The notes beneath the pieces are model-generated. The model did not search any database, was not told the origin of the DNA, and saw nothing but the letters and a program-made list of their open reading frames with translations. From positions 384,001 to 448,000 of the forward strand of contig CAWJSJ010000005.1 in the NCBI GenBank assembly GCA_963845565.1: a stretch of 64,000 bases of DNA, read 5' to 3'. The DNA is from an uncultured Methylomirabilota bacterium (GTDB taxonomy: Bacteria; Methylomirabilota; Methylomirabilia; Methylomirabilales; 2-02-FULL-66-22). Made by a program: the position numbers and the translations under genes. Below, one piece after another: positions 49,206-59,442 of the stretch. Numbering within the stretch: the first letter of the stretch is position 1; each line of letters starts with the position of its first letter.

Positions 49206-50117
49206 ATGCGTGACATCTGTGTGGTCGGCGGGATCAACATGGACCTGGTGGTCCAGGTGCCGCACATCCCGCGGCCGGGAGAGACGGTCCACGGTGGGGA
49301 GGTGGCGCGGTTTCCCGGCGGCAAAGGGGCCAACCAGGCGGTGGCGGCACGCCGCCTCGGTGCGTCCGTGGCGATGCTGGGCCAGGTCGGCGCCGACGCG
49401 TTTGGGGACGAGCTGGTCCAGACGCTGGAGGCGGCGGGTGTGGAGTCCTCCGGGGTGCGGCGTGCCGCCGACCGCGCGACAGGGGTTGCCATGATCTCCG
49501 TCGCCTCCGACGGCCAGAACGCCATCGTGGTGGCGCCCGGCGCGAACGCGAACTGGGACGAGGCCGGCGTCGTCGGCGTGGAACGGGCGGTGAGGGGCTG
49601 TCGGGTTCTCGTCCTGAACCTGGAGGTGCCCCCCGCGGTCATCGCGCGCGCCGTTCGAGCGGGGAAGCGGGCCGGCGCCCGGGTCATCCTCAATCCCGCA
49701 CCGCATCGGGTCGGGGATGAGTCGGTCTTTGGGGATGTGGACGTCTTCGTTCCCAATCAGGTGGAGGCCGCGCTCTTCGCCGGCATGGAGCCGTACGCCG
49801 TGACGGACTGGGGTGAGGCGGCCCAGCGGCTTCGACGGCTCGGTCCCCGCATGGTGATCGTCACGCTGGCGGACGAGGGGGCAGTGATCGTTGACGAGGC
49901 GGGTCCGCAGCGCGTTCCGAGTTTTCCGGTGTCGGTGGTGGACACGACGGCGGCGGGGGACGCGTTCGTGGGTGGACTGGCGGTCGCACTGCTCCAGGAC
50001 GCGCCGGTGCGTGATGCCGTACGATTCGCCAATGCCTGCGGCGCGCTGGCGGTGACGCGAGCCGGCGCACAGCCATCGCTCCCGGCGCTGGGTGACGTGG
50101 AGCGCTTGATCGATTAG
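49206..50117 (+). CDS. rbsK: Ribokinase (PfkB family)
   Basis: VVGGINMDL, PGGKGANQAVA, NPAP, PNQVEA, DTTAAGDAF, GAQPS. Confidence 0.9.
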   Translation: MRDICVVGGINMDLVVQVPHIPRPGETVHGGEVARFPGGKGANQAVAARRLGASVAMLGQVGADAFGDELVQTLEAAGVESSGVRRAADRATGVAMISVASDGQNAIVVAPGANANWDEAGVVGVERAVRGCRVLVLNLEVPPAVIARAVRAGKRAGARVILNPAPHRVGDESVFGDVDVFVPNQVEAALFAGMEPYAVTDWGEAAQRLRRLGPRMVIVTLADEGAVIVDEAGPQRVPSFPVSVVDTTAAGDAFVGGLAVALLQDAPVRDAVRFANACGALAVTRAGAQPSLPALGDVERLID

Positions 50118-50217
50118 GAGCCGTTACGAAATAACCTATACATCTCTTCCTATTTCGTTACGGCTCCTTATGCCGTTTCGGAATGTCTCCGCTCAACGAA
50201 TTCTTTGACAACGGCTT
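50114..50217. repeat. Family-B bipartite palindromic element, copy 1
   Basis: TTA-GGAGCCGTTACGAAATA-N17-TATTTCGTTACGGCTCC-TTA followed by a second module GCCGTT...AACGGC; overlaps the rbsK stop. Confidence 0.9.
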
Positions 50218-50232
50218 GGGGGAGGTAGCGCC

Positions 50233-51363
50233 ATGAGTCGGAAGAAGATCCGGGTCGGCATCATCGGGGCGGGACGCATCGCCAACCTGGTGCATGTGCC
50301 GTCGCTGAAGCTTTGCTCGGAGATGTGCGAAGTGCTGGCCGTGACCTCGCGCACCGAGGAGAAGGCCGCGGCCTTCGCCGCCCAGTGGGGAATCCCGCGG
50401 GTGTACCCCGATTGGCGCGTCCTCCTCGGCGATCCGCAGATCGATGCGGTCGTGGTCTGTCCGCCCAGCGGGCTGACCGCCACGGTGGCCAGCGCGGTGA
50501 TCGCAGCCGGGAAACATATCTTGTGCGAGAAACCTCTTGGCTTGACCTATGCCAACGCGCAGGCGCTGCAGACGGCCGCCGCCGCCGCGGACATCGTCCA
50601 CATGGTGGCGTTCACCTTCCGGTTCGTTCCCGCCCTTCGCTACCTGAAGCGCCTGGTCGCCGAGGGGCACTTCGGCGAGATTCGTCACTGGCGGCTATCA
50701 TACTTCACCGATTTCATGCTGGACCCGGCGACGCCTGTCGCCTGGCGAAACCAGCGTGCCCAGGCGGGGGCGGGTATCCTGGCGGACATGGGATCCCACG
50801 CGATCGATTTCGCCCGGTATCTGTTGGGGGACATCGCGGCGGTCTCGGGCGCGAGCCGCGTGTACGTGCGGGAGCGCCCCAGCGCCTCCGGCGGTGCGCG
50901 CGTACCGGTTGACGCGGACGATGCCTGCACCTTCGCGGTGGAGTTTGCCGGCGGGGCCATCGGGAGCTTCGACTTCAACCGAGCCGTCGCGGGACGGGGC
51001 GGCACCGGCCGGGCCAACTACCAGTCCATCGAGGTCCACGGAACGGGCGGGGCCGCGATCTATGAACTGATCCACCCGTTCGAACTGCAGATCAGCCTGG
51101 GTCCCGCCATGACCCGGACCCAGCAGTGGGCCCGGGCCGAGGTGCCTCTGGACCTCCGGAAGTACCCGGGCTCGCCCCGGAATCCGCGGGTGGACGACCC
51201 GCTTCTGGGGTACAAGCTCGACCAGGGAGTCGCTTTCCTCAGGGCGATCCGCGGTGAGACACAGGAATACCCCACCTTCCACGACGGAGCGGCGGCCCAG
51301 AAAGTAGTGGACGCCGTCGAAACGGCCGCGCGGGAGCGGCGTTGGGTAGATCTGCAGGGATAA
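50233..51363 (+). CDS. Gfo/Idh/MocA-family NAD(P)-dependent oxidoreductase
   Basis: GIIGAGRIA, GKHILCEKP, RF.P, G.L.DMGSHAID. Confidence 0.93.
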   Translation: MSRKKIRVGIIGAGRIANLVHVPSLKLCSEMCEVLAVTSRTEEKAAAFAAQWGIPRVYPDWRVLLGDPQIDAVVVCPPSGLTATVASAVIAAGKHILCEKPLGLTYANAQALQTAAAAADIVHMVAFTFRFVPALRYLKRLVAEGHFGEIRHWRLSYFTDFMLDPATPVAWRNQRAQAGAGILADMGSHAIDFARYLLGDIAAVSGASRVYVRERPSASGGARVPVDADDACTFAVEFAGGAIGSFDFNRAVAGRGGTGRANYQSIEVHGTGGAAIYELIHPFELQISLGPAMTRTQQWARAEVPLDLRKYPGSPRNPRVDDPLLGYKLDQGVAFLRAIRGETQEYPTFHDGAAAQKVVDAVETAARERRWVDLQG

Positions 51364-51466
51364 TCGAGTTCGGAGGATTACCGACTTGACCATCGGATTC
51401 TGAGCAGGCATCATCATACCCTATGATCTCGGCGTACTTTGGCCGGTCGTGTCCGTGGAGGCAGGC

Positions 51467-52153
51467 ATGAATCCCTTCTTGATCCGGGCCATCATCTTCG
51501 ATTTCGACGGGGTGCTGTTCGACAGCGAGCCGGTGCGGTTCCGGGCGGGCGCCCAGGCGCTGGGGGAGATCGGCGTCACCCTCAGCTGGGAGGACTTTAC
51601 CCGGTGCTGGCTGGGCCGGACCGACGACGCCGGGCTGCGGGAGATCCTGGGGAAGCGGTTCGCCGCCGACGGCCCCCGAGTGATCGAGCGTCGGAACGCC
51701 GTCTACGAGCAGCGACTGGAAGAGGTCCAGCCGTTCACGGACGCCGCGCGCTTTTTGCGGCGGATCCCCGACGGGATCCGGCTGGCCATCGCCACGGGCT
51801 CCCGGCGGCTGGAGGTCGAGGGCATCCTGTGGCGCGCCGTCATGACGCAGAGTTTCCAGACGATCGTCACGGCCGAGGACTACACCCAGCCCAAACCGGC
51901 GCCCGATCCGTTCCTCACCGCCGCCCGCCTCCTCCAGTTGGTGCCGGCCGCCTGTCTGGTGGTCGAGGACAGCCCAGCCGGCGTGGCCGCCGCACAGGCT
52001 GCCGGGATGCCTGTGGTGGCGGTGGAGCGCGGCCAGGAGGTCCCGGGCCTGGAGCGGGCGACCTGGAAGGTGTCCACCCTGGACGATCTGGGGTTGACGC
52101 CTCGCGGGGAAGTGGTCGTCAAGGCAGGTGCGAGCGGAAGCACTCTGCTCTAG
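51467..52153 (+). CDS. HAD-family phosphatase (beta-phosphoglucomutase-like)
   Basis: IFDFDGVLFDSE, KPAPDPF, VEDSPAGV.AA..AGM. Confidence 0.9.
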   Translation: MNPFLIRAIIFDFDGVLFDSEPVRFRAGAQALGEIGVTLSWEDFTRCWLGRTDDAGLREILGKRFAADGPRVIERRNAVYEQRLEEVQPFTDAARFLRRIPDGIRLAIATGSRRLEVEGILWRAVMTQSFQTIVTAEDYTQPKPAPDPFLTAARLLQLVPAACLVVEDSPAGVAAAQAAGMPVVAVERGQEVPGLERATWKVSTLDDLGLTPRGEVVVKAGASGSTLL

Positions 52154-52301
52154 TCGGCGGATCGTCAGACGAGGACCGCCCACCGACGCGACTTGCCCAG
52201 ACGGCGGTCCATGAACGTGGCGTCGCGGGACAATCAGACGGTGACGCCCCCCTATTCCATTCTCTTCGCCCTCCCCTCGGCCCTCAAGAGTTTGGTTTGT
52301 T

Positions 52302-52434
52302 CTGATGGCTCAGGGTCCACATCGAGACCAAGCTGCTCCTCAGCAAGACGGCGCCCTTGTCCGAGGGGCAGGCGATCTTCGACGCCCTGCACAAGGGCAA
52401 TCCCTCGCTGATGAAGATCATGTTGCACCCCTGA
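52302..52434 (+). pseudogene. C-terminal remnant of a Zn-dependent (MDR) sugar-alcohol dehydrogenase
   Basis: (LMAQG/)HIETKLLLSKTAPLSEGQAIFDALHKGNPSLMKIMLHP* resembles MDR C-termini; no upstream coding region. Confidence 0.55.
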
Positions 52435-52452
52435 CGAACTCGCGATAGTTTG

Positions 52453-52466
52453 TGAAAGCGTTACCC
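52453..52466. promoter_or_regulatory. LacI-family (cre-like) operator
   Basis: TGAAAGCGTTACCC, 13/14 match to TGWAARCGYTWNCW, about 80 bp upstream of the sugar SBP. Confidence 0.5.
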
Positions 52467-52544
52467 ACGAAAGGAGGAGATCCGCGGAGCCTGCGCGTTC
52501 TATGGTGGACCTATTACCCGATGGCTTGCAGGAGGAGAGGACCT

Positions 52545-53861
52545 ATGAGAAGCACGTGGGGAGCCTTGCTCGTCGGTATCGTGCTGATCGCGGCGGCGGT
52601 CGTGCTCTGCCCGGATGCCGGACAGGCGGGAGAGTTCAACTGGAAGCAGGCCCAGGGCACGGAGATTCGGTTCTTGGCCCTGCGGGCGTGGTTTACGGAC
52701 CACTGGAAGGCCAATCTGCCGGAGTTCGAGAAGCTGACGGGCATCAAGGTCGTCATCGAGGATTACCCGGAAGACCCCTTCCGGCAGAAGCTGGCGGTGG
52801 AGATGTCGGCCAAGAGCAAGGGCGTCGACGTGTTCTCGACCGGGACCATGCGCGAGGGGCGGCAGTTCTTCACGTCGGGCTGGTATGCCGACCTGACGCC
52901 CCTGGTCAACGACCCGACCGCCACCAGCGCCGAGTGGGACAGGAACGACTTCATCGATGCGGTCTGGAAGGCCCACCAGTTCGACGGCAAGCAGGTCGCG
53001 GTGCCGGTGCAGTCGAACGTCCAGATCCTCTTCTACCGCAAGGACCTCTTCGACGCCGCCGGGCTGAAGCCCCCCAAGACCCTGGACGAGCTGGAGGCCG
53101 CGGCCAAGAAGCTGCACAACCCGCCGTCGGTCTACGGGTTCGTGGCCCGCGGGCCGGAAGACCCAGGCGCCCTACACCTGGTCCCACTGGCTGTACGCCA
53201 ACGGCGGGAGCTGGCTGACCCCGGACGGCAAGCCCGGGATCAACACCCCGGCGGCCCTCGCGGCCGTGCAGCAGTACGTCCGGCTGCTGCGCACCTACGG
53301 CGAGCCGGGGGTGACGGACAGCGGGCCCATCGAGGTGCAGACGCCACTTCCTGCAGGGGCGGGCGGCCATGATTCTGGACGCCGTCTCCTGGGGCGGGAT
53401 CTTCAGCGACCCGCAGAAGTCCAAGGTCGTCGGCAAGTGGGAAGGGGCCCTGGCCCCGCCGGGCCCGGCGGGCGTGACCTACGAGCTCTGGGCCTGGAGC
53501 CTGGCCATGTCGCCCTTCTCGGAGAAGAAGAAGGCCGCCTGGCTCTTCATGCAGTGGGCCACCAGCAAGGAGATCCAGAAGCCGCTCCACCTCCGCAGCT
53601 TCCCCATGCCGCGGAAATCGCTGTGGACGGACCCGGAGTGGAAGTCCAAGGTCCTCGCCGGGATATTATGAAGCGGCCATGACGCAGGTGCAGAACGCGC
53701 GGCCCATCGGCCACCCGCCGTGCGTGGCGTCGCCCGAGGTCACGGACATCGTCGGGGTCGCCATCAACAACGCCCTGGCGGGCAAGGACGTGAAGGCGGA
53801 GATGGACGCCGCGGCCAAGAAGATGGCCGACGTCCTGGAAAAGACCGAGCCGAAGCGGTAA
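52545..53861 (+). CDS. Sugar ABC substrate-binding protein, split by three +1 frameshifts (probable sequencing artefact)
   Basis: Continuous SBP sequence across ORFs 52452/53266/53369/53679, whose frames advance 0-1-2-0; GGAGG RBS before ATG 52545. Confidence 0.8.
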
Positions 53862-53956
53862 GCCGGTAAGGAAGAACTTGCCGGAGAAATGCGGGAACGG
53901 CATAAGGAGCCGTAACGAAATGACAAAGCGTGGCCAAGCTATTTCGTAACGGCTCC
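53859..53956. repeat. Family-B element, copy 2 (diverged, opposite orientation to copy 1)
   Basis: TAAGCCG...AACGGCATAAGGAGCCGTAACGAAAT...ATTTCGTAACGGCTCC; starts at the SBP TAA stop. Confidence 0.85.
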
Positions 53957-53994
53957 GAACGCGAGAAGACCGGGGAGGACGAAGGGGACGCGAC

Positions 53995-54936
53995 ATGACG
54001 GCACACGCGACAGGGGGTATCCGGGGCACGCCAGACGGTCGGGGCCGACGCCCGGCCTCGGCCGCTGGGTCGACCGGCACATCTCGTGGTTCTTCGTCCT
54101 CCCCGCCGTCTTCTTCCTCGCGGCGGTCCTCGCCTTCCCCGTCGCTTTACACCGCGGGCCTGAGCCTCTTCCGCTGGTCCGGCGCCGCGACGACGTCGCC
54201 GGCCTGGGTCGGCCTCGGCAATTATGCGCGATGTGTTCTGCCGGCGACCCCGGCTTTCGGAACGCCCTCTTCGTGACGGCTCTACTTCACCGGGGTCTCG
54301 CTCCTGGTCGAGGTGGGGCTCGGGCGTGGGGCTCGCCCAGCTCCTGAACCGGGAGTTCGTCGGCAAAGGGATCGCCCGGACCCTCCTCATCCTGCCCGTC
54401 GCCGGGACCCCCGTGGCGCTGGCCTTGGTCTGGCGCCACATGTACAACCCCTCCAACGGGATCTTCACCTGGTTCGCCGAGATCCTGCATCTCCCGCCGC
54501 AGCGCTGGCTGGCGGACGCGACCACGGTGATTCCCTCGCTCATCCTCTTCGACGTCTGGCAGTGGACGCCCGCTGATCATGCTGATCACGCTGGCCGGCC
54601 TCGTCTCGCTGCCCGCGGACATCTACGAGGCGGCGCAGATCGACGGCGCCAGCCCCTGGCAGGTCCTTCTGGCGGATCACGCTGCCCTTGGTCCGGCCGA
54701 CCATCGTGGCGGCCGCCATGCTGCGGTTCATGGACTCGGTCAAGACCTTCGACCAGATCTACGTGACCACCCAAGGGGGGCCCGGCATCGCCTCGCAGAC
54801 GCTCAACCTGTACGTCTTCGACCAGGCCTTTCAGTACCTGCACTTCGGGTATGCGAGCGCGCTTCTGGTCGTCCTCTTCTTCGTCATCCTCGCGGGGAAC
54901 GTGATGCTGGCGTCGGTCCGCAGGGGGAGGGAATGA
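53995..54936 (+). CDS. Sugar ABC permease (MalF-like), multiple frameshifts
   Basis: Fragments WFFVLPA / WVGLGNY / DVWQWTP / [11 protein letters not shown] / [13 protein letters not shown] in successive frames. Confidence 0.8.
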
Positions 54937-55777
54937 TGGGCGGACAGGGTGGGGCCCACGGCGCGGGCGTTTCGCCCGGCGCGTCTTTTTTTACGGCGCG
55001 CTCGTCCTCGTGCTGGTGGTCTTCGTATTTCCCGTTCTTCTGGATGGCCTTCAACAGCTTCAAGACCCACGAGAAGATCCTGGAGTATCCGCCGGCGTTC
55101 GTCTTCTCGCCGACCCTGGACAACTTCAGGAACGTCCTCTGGCAGACCCCCGTCCTGAAGTTCACCTGGAACAGCGTCCTGGTCGCCTTCGGCTCCGTGG
55201 CGGTCGGCATGGCTCCTCGGCCTTGCCCGCCGCCTACGGGATCGCGCGCTACGGCCACCGGACGCTGGCCCTGGGCATCCTGGTCTGCCGGATGATCCCG
55301 GGGATCTCGTTCCTGGTGCCCTGGTTCATCGTCTTCCGGGCCCTGGGCCTTATGGACACGTACACGGGGCTCGTCATCGCCCATCTGGTCATCACGGTCC
55401 CCCTCATCACCTGGATCATGATCGGCTTCTTCGAAGAGGTCCCAGTGGAGCTGGAGGAGGCCGCCCGCATCGACGGCTGCTCGCGGGCCGGGGTGTTCCT
55501 GCGGATCGCCCTGCCGCTCGTCCGGCCCGGCCTCGTCTCGGCCGCGATCCTGGCCCTGATCTTCACCTGGAACAGCTTTCTCTTTCCTCTCATCCTGGCG
55601 GGCGTGAAGACGAAGACCCTGCCGGTCGTCGTCTACAGCTTCATGACCTTCGACTACCTGGACCTGGGCGGCGTCTACGCCGCCTCCACCCTCGTGACCC
55701 TCCCGGTCGTCATCATGGTGCTCCTCGTGCAGCGCCAGTTCATCCGCGGGCTTACGCTCGGCGGGCTCAAGGGGTAA
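54933..55777 (+). CDS. Sugar ABC permease (MalG-like), frameshifts in the 5' third
   Basis: [49 protein letters not shown]. Confidence 0.82.
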
Positions 55778-55881
55778 CCGGAGATCTGGCAAGTGTCGAT
55801 ATCGCGCAAGAGCAAGAGGATGACACGTCGAGGGATGAGACAGGGAGAGGACGGGACAATACGCCATCCCTTGCGACCGCC

Positions 55882-57711
55882 GTGGTCCGGGTAGGGGGAA
55901 GCATCGTGTCGAGACGCGCCGTTTCGCACCAAACTACCCGACGTCGCGGGAGGAAGGCCGGGGCATCGCGGTGGACACGCCGCACCCGAGTGTCGCTGCG
56001 CAGCGCGTGGCGGGCCAATCGCCTGTTCTGCTATTCGATCTTGGTCGGCGTGCTCGGGGCGTTCGGCGCACGGATCTTCATCTGGATGCTCGAGTGGGGC
56101 GAGCGGATCTTCATGGGGGGAATCGCCGGGTACATTCCCCCGGCGCTCGGGGTGTCCGATCCCGCTCCGGTCTTTGCCGGGGCCAGTGTCTGGCTTATTC
56201 CGGTGTCGACCGCGGTCGGTGCATTGCTGTGCGGGCTCCTGGTGTACACAGTGGCACCCGAGGCGGAAGGGCATGGAACGGATGCCGCCATCGCCTCGTA
56301 TCACTTCCGGGGCTCCCGCGTTCGGCCGATCGTGCCTCTCATTAAGGCGGTTGCCTCGTCCATCACCATCGGATCGGGTGGCGCCGCAGGCCGCGAGGGC
56401 CCGGCCGCACAGATCAGTTCGGGTGCGGCGGCGGTCCTGTGCGACGTGCTCCGGGTTCCCCTCGCGGAGCGGCGGATCCTGGTTCTTGCCGGGATGGCCG
56501 CCGGGCTATCCGCGATCTTCCGCGCCCCTCTAGGTATGGCGATCTTTGCCAGCGAGATCCTGTACTCCGGGCTCGCCTTCGAGTACGAGGCCATACCATT
56601 CACACTGGTCGCTTCGGTCGTCGCGTACGCGGTGAATGGACTCTTCGTCGGCTGGGACACCCTGTTTCTCATTCCGCCCGGGTTGACGTTTCTGCGACCC
56701 GTCGAGCTGGGAGGCTACGCGATCCTCGGCGCGGCGGCCGGTGTGGTGGGAGCCATCGAGCCCACCATTTTCTACGGGGTGCGTGACCTCTTCGCGCGAC
56801 TACGCCTACCGCGCCATCTGAAGCCCGCAGTCGGCGGAATTCTCATGGGCCTCATCGCCATGGCGCTTCCGCAGACGCTCGCTACCGGGTTCGGCTGGGT
56901 GCAGATGGCACTCACCGGGGGATACGCGGGCTCCGTGCTCCTCCTGCTCGTTTTTGCCAAGATCGTTGCTATGTCCCTCACGATTTCTTCCGGAGGCTCC
57001 GGAGGCGTGTTTGGGCCGAACGTGTACATCGGGGCCATGCTCGGAGGTGGGGTAGTATCGGTCTTGAACGGCTGGTTCCCGGGTGCCCATTTCTTGGTGC
57101 CCGCCTTCGTGGTGGTGGGGATGGGGGCGGTGTTTTCGGGTACGGCGCGCGTTCCGGTGTCCACACTGATCATGGTCGTGGAGATGACCGGAGGTTATGG
57201 CCTGATCGTCCCATCCATGCTTGCGTCGTCGGTCAGCTTCATCGTACAGCGGGCCGTCGGGAACCGCCTTCCGTACCCTCGTCTCTACGAGTCGCAGGTC
57301 GAGACGCGGCTGGACTCCCCGGTTCATCACCGCCGGATTGCCCGAGGGGTCTTCTCGCTTCTCGAGCGGCCAGAAGCCTCCCAGGCGCTGGCCGGCCTGA
57401 CGCCCCCGACGCTGAGCAGCCTGGTACGGTTCGGGCGCTCTATTAGTATCCACGGAGGGCGCGGGCGGGTCTTTTCGTGGGTTGTCCCGGATGCCGGGCT
57501 CTTGGTCGGCCGCTCCACGACCGGTGTATTCGCGGAGGACGGCAGTCCGCTGACCCTGGTCGGTGTGGTGCGCGGTGGAGACTTGCTGCCGCCGGATGAC
57601 AGGGGTCGGTTGCAGGCAGGCGATTCGTTGATCCTGGCCGGCACCGAGGAGGCGCAGCTGCGCTTTTTCGAACGCCATGGAGAAGGGGTTCAGCGGACGA
57701 TCACGGATTGA
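55882..57711 (+). CDS. ClC-family chloride channel/antiporter with C-terminal TrkA-C (RCK-C) domain
   Basis: EAEGHGTD, GREGP, FRAPLG, GGSGGVFGP, EMTG, LYESQ; C-terminal GVVRGG.LLPP....LQAGD.L.LAG; start uncertain. Confidence 0.9.
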   Translation: MVRVGGSIVSRRAVSHQTTRRRGRKAGASRWTRRTRVSLRSAWRANRLFCYSILVGVLGAFGARIFIWMLEWGERIFMGGIAGYIPPALGVSDPAPVFAGASVWLIPVSTAVGALLCGLLVYTVAPEAEGHGTDAAIASYHFRGSRVRPIVPLIKAVASSITIGSGGAAGREGPAAQISSGAAAVLCDVLRVPLAERRILVLAGMAAGLSAIFRAPLGMAIFASEILYSGLAFEYEAIPFTLVASVVAYAVNGLFVGWDTLFLIPPGLTFLRPVELGGYAILGAAAGVVGAIEPTIFYGVRDLFARLRLPRHLKPAVGGILMGLIAMALPQTLATGFGWVQMALTGGYAGSVLLLLVFAKIVAMSLTISSGGSGGVFGPNVYIGAMLGGGVVSVLNGWFPGAHFLVPAFVVVGMGAVFSGTARVPVSTLIMVVEMTGGYGLIVPSMLASSVSFIVQRAVGNRLPYPRLYESQVETRLDSPVHHRRIARGVFSLLERPEASQALAGLTPPTLSSLVRFGRSISIHGGRGRVFSWVVPDAGLLVGRSTTGVFAEDGSPLTLVGVVRGGDLLPPDDRGRLQAGDSLILAGTEEAQLRFFERHGEGVQRTITD

Positions 57712-57898
57712 CTCGTCCGACCGCAACAATGCGGCGCCATGTGGGCGGATTGTCGCCCTCTCGGCGCCTTCTGGCTGGGCGCCGAAAAAAGTCTATTGCG
57801 GGAGATCGGTGCGGATAGTATAAGGGATAGTACCCAAGACGTCACATCCTCGACTGACCGGTTCGAATCCGCCGGAACTTTTCGACAAGGAGTGGAAC

Positions 57899-58883
57899 AT
57901 GAAGGGGAAAGCGCTGGTCTCGGCTGTGTGCTACCTTGTTCTGGTGGTGGGCCATCTGCGTTACGTCGGCTTCGGCGGCCGATAAGCCTAAGGACTTTCC
58001 GAACCGGCCCATCACCATCATGGTCGGCTTCGGCGCCGGCGGGTCGAGCGACGTGGGGGTCCGGATTCTGGGCGAGGCGTTGAAGAAGGTCATCGGGCAG
58101 ACCGTCTTGGTGGAAAACAAGCCCGGCGCCGGCGGCCAGGTGATGTGGACCGACTTCAAGAACAACGCCAAGCCGGACGGCTACACCCTGGCGCTTATCA
58201 ATGTGCCTCAACTCCAGACCACCGTCTTCGACCCCACCCGGAAGCCGGCGTTCACCATGAAGGATTTCCAGCCGGTGGCGAACCACGTCCAGGACCCCGG
58301 CGCCATCTTCGTTCGGACGGAGAGCCCGTACAAGACCCTGGAGGATCTGCTGAAAGACGCCAAGGCGCGGCCGAAGCAGATCAAGGCCTCGACCACCGGG
58401 ATCGGCAGCGACGACCACTTGTCGGTGCTGGACGTGGAGCGCAAGGCGGGGGTACAGTTCAACACCGTGCATCTGGTGGACACGCCCACGGCGCTGCGCC
58501 AGGTTCTGGGTGGACACACCGACGTGAACTTCGACAACGTCGGAGGTTTCCTGCCCGCGACGAAGTCGGGCCAGGGGCGGATGCTGGCGGTCTTTGACGA
58601 CAAGCGGTTCCCGGATGCCCCCGATGTCCCGACCATGCGCGAGAAGGGGATCGAACTGATCTCGTCCTCCACCCGCGGCTACGTCTATCCGGCCGGGACC
58701 CCCATGGAGATCGTGAAGTACATGGAAGACAGCATCAAAAAGGCCATGGACGATCCCGACCACGTCAAGCGCATGAAGGAGTCGGGGTTGGCCCTGAAGT
58801 TCATGGGGGTGGATGACTTCGCCAAGTTCCTGGAGTCCCAGAACGAGCGAGCCAAGGACCTGATCGGCCTCTATCGCAAATAG
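57899..58883 (+). CDS. tctC: Tripartite tricarboxylate transporter substrate-binding protein, +1 frameshift in the signal peptide
   Basis: FPNRPITIMVGFGAGGSSD, VENKPGAGG, PDGYTL, PDVPT. AAGGAG RBS and ATG 57899 read MKGKALVSAVCYLVLVV, joining AICVTSASA after removal of one G near 57950. Confidence 0.88.
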
Positions 58884-58904
58884 CCGGACCGCAGGCGCCG
58901 GCTG

Positions 58905-58944
58905 CCCGGCACCCCGCGGGCGGGGGGTGCCGGGTTTCCTTTTT
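58905..58944 (+). terminator. Hairpin/terminator after tctC
   Basis: Stem CCCGGCACCCC/GGGGTGCCGGG followed by TTTCCTTTTT. Confidence 0.65.
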
Positions 58945-58986
58945 CGCTGCGGATACGACCGGCCGTCCGGCCGTGACGGGTGACGC

Positions 58987-59442
58987 ATGAGCATCGTGGA
59001 TCGCGTGTCGTGGAGCGTCCTGTTCCTCTTCGGGGGTTTCGTCGTCTACGAATCGCTCCAGATCAAGTACTACGGGAGCGACTTCGGCCCCGGTCCGGGC
59101 TTCTTCTCGTTCTGGCTGGGGGTCCTGGTGATGCTGCTGTCGCTCTACGAGATTGCCCGGAACCTGCGTCGCCACGAGTCGCTGGCCCCGGGTTTCTTCC
59201 CAGATCGGGCGGCGCTCCTCCGGATCGGCAGCCTGCTGGGGGCGCTGGTTGCTGCGGTCTTCCTGCTGGACCGGTTGGGGTACAGTCTGACGATGTTCCT
59301 GTTCTGCGGGTTTCTCCTGCGGGTCCTGGGGAAGCAGTCCTGGTGGCTGACCGCGATCCTGACGCTGCTGGGAAGTTTCGGCACGGCGTTTCTCTTCCGG
59401 CAGCTTCAGGTGCTGTTACCAAGGGGATTCCTGGGGATCTGA
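58987..59442 (+). CDS. tctB: Tripartite tricarboxylate transporter small subunit
   Basis: GPGPGFF, LG(Y), LF...L.V.LP.G motifs; four TMs. Confidence 0.88.
   Translation: MSIVDRVSWSVLFLFGGFVVYESLQIKYYGSDFGPGPGFFSFWLGVLVMLLSLYEIARNLRRHESLAPGFFPDRAALLRIGSLLGALVAAVFLLDRLGYSLTMFLFCGFLLRVLGKQSWWLTAILTLLGSFGTAFLFRQLQVLLPRGFLGI

Noticed and set aside
55778..55900. Fluoride riboswitch ahead of the ClC gene
   Set aside because: The GGCGATG...-type consensus is absent and the protein lacks CLC-F signature motifs
57809..57880. Functional tRNA (Sec or opal suppressor)
   Set aside because: No acceptor stem, no U33 and no long variable arm; kept only as a possible relic
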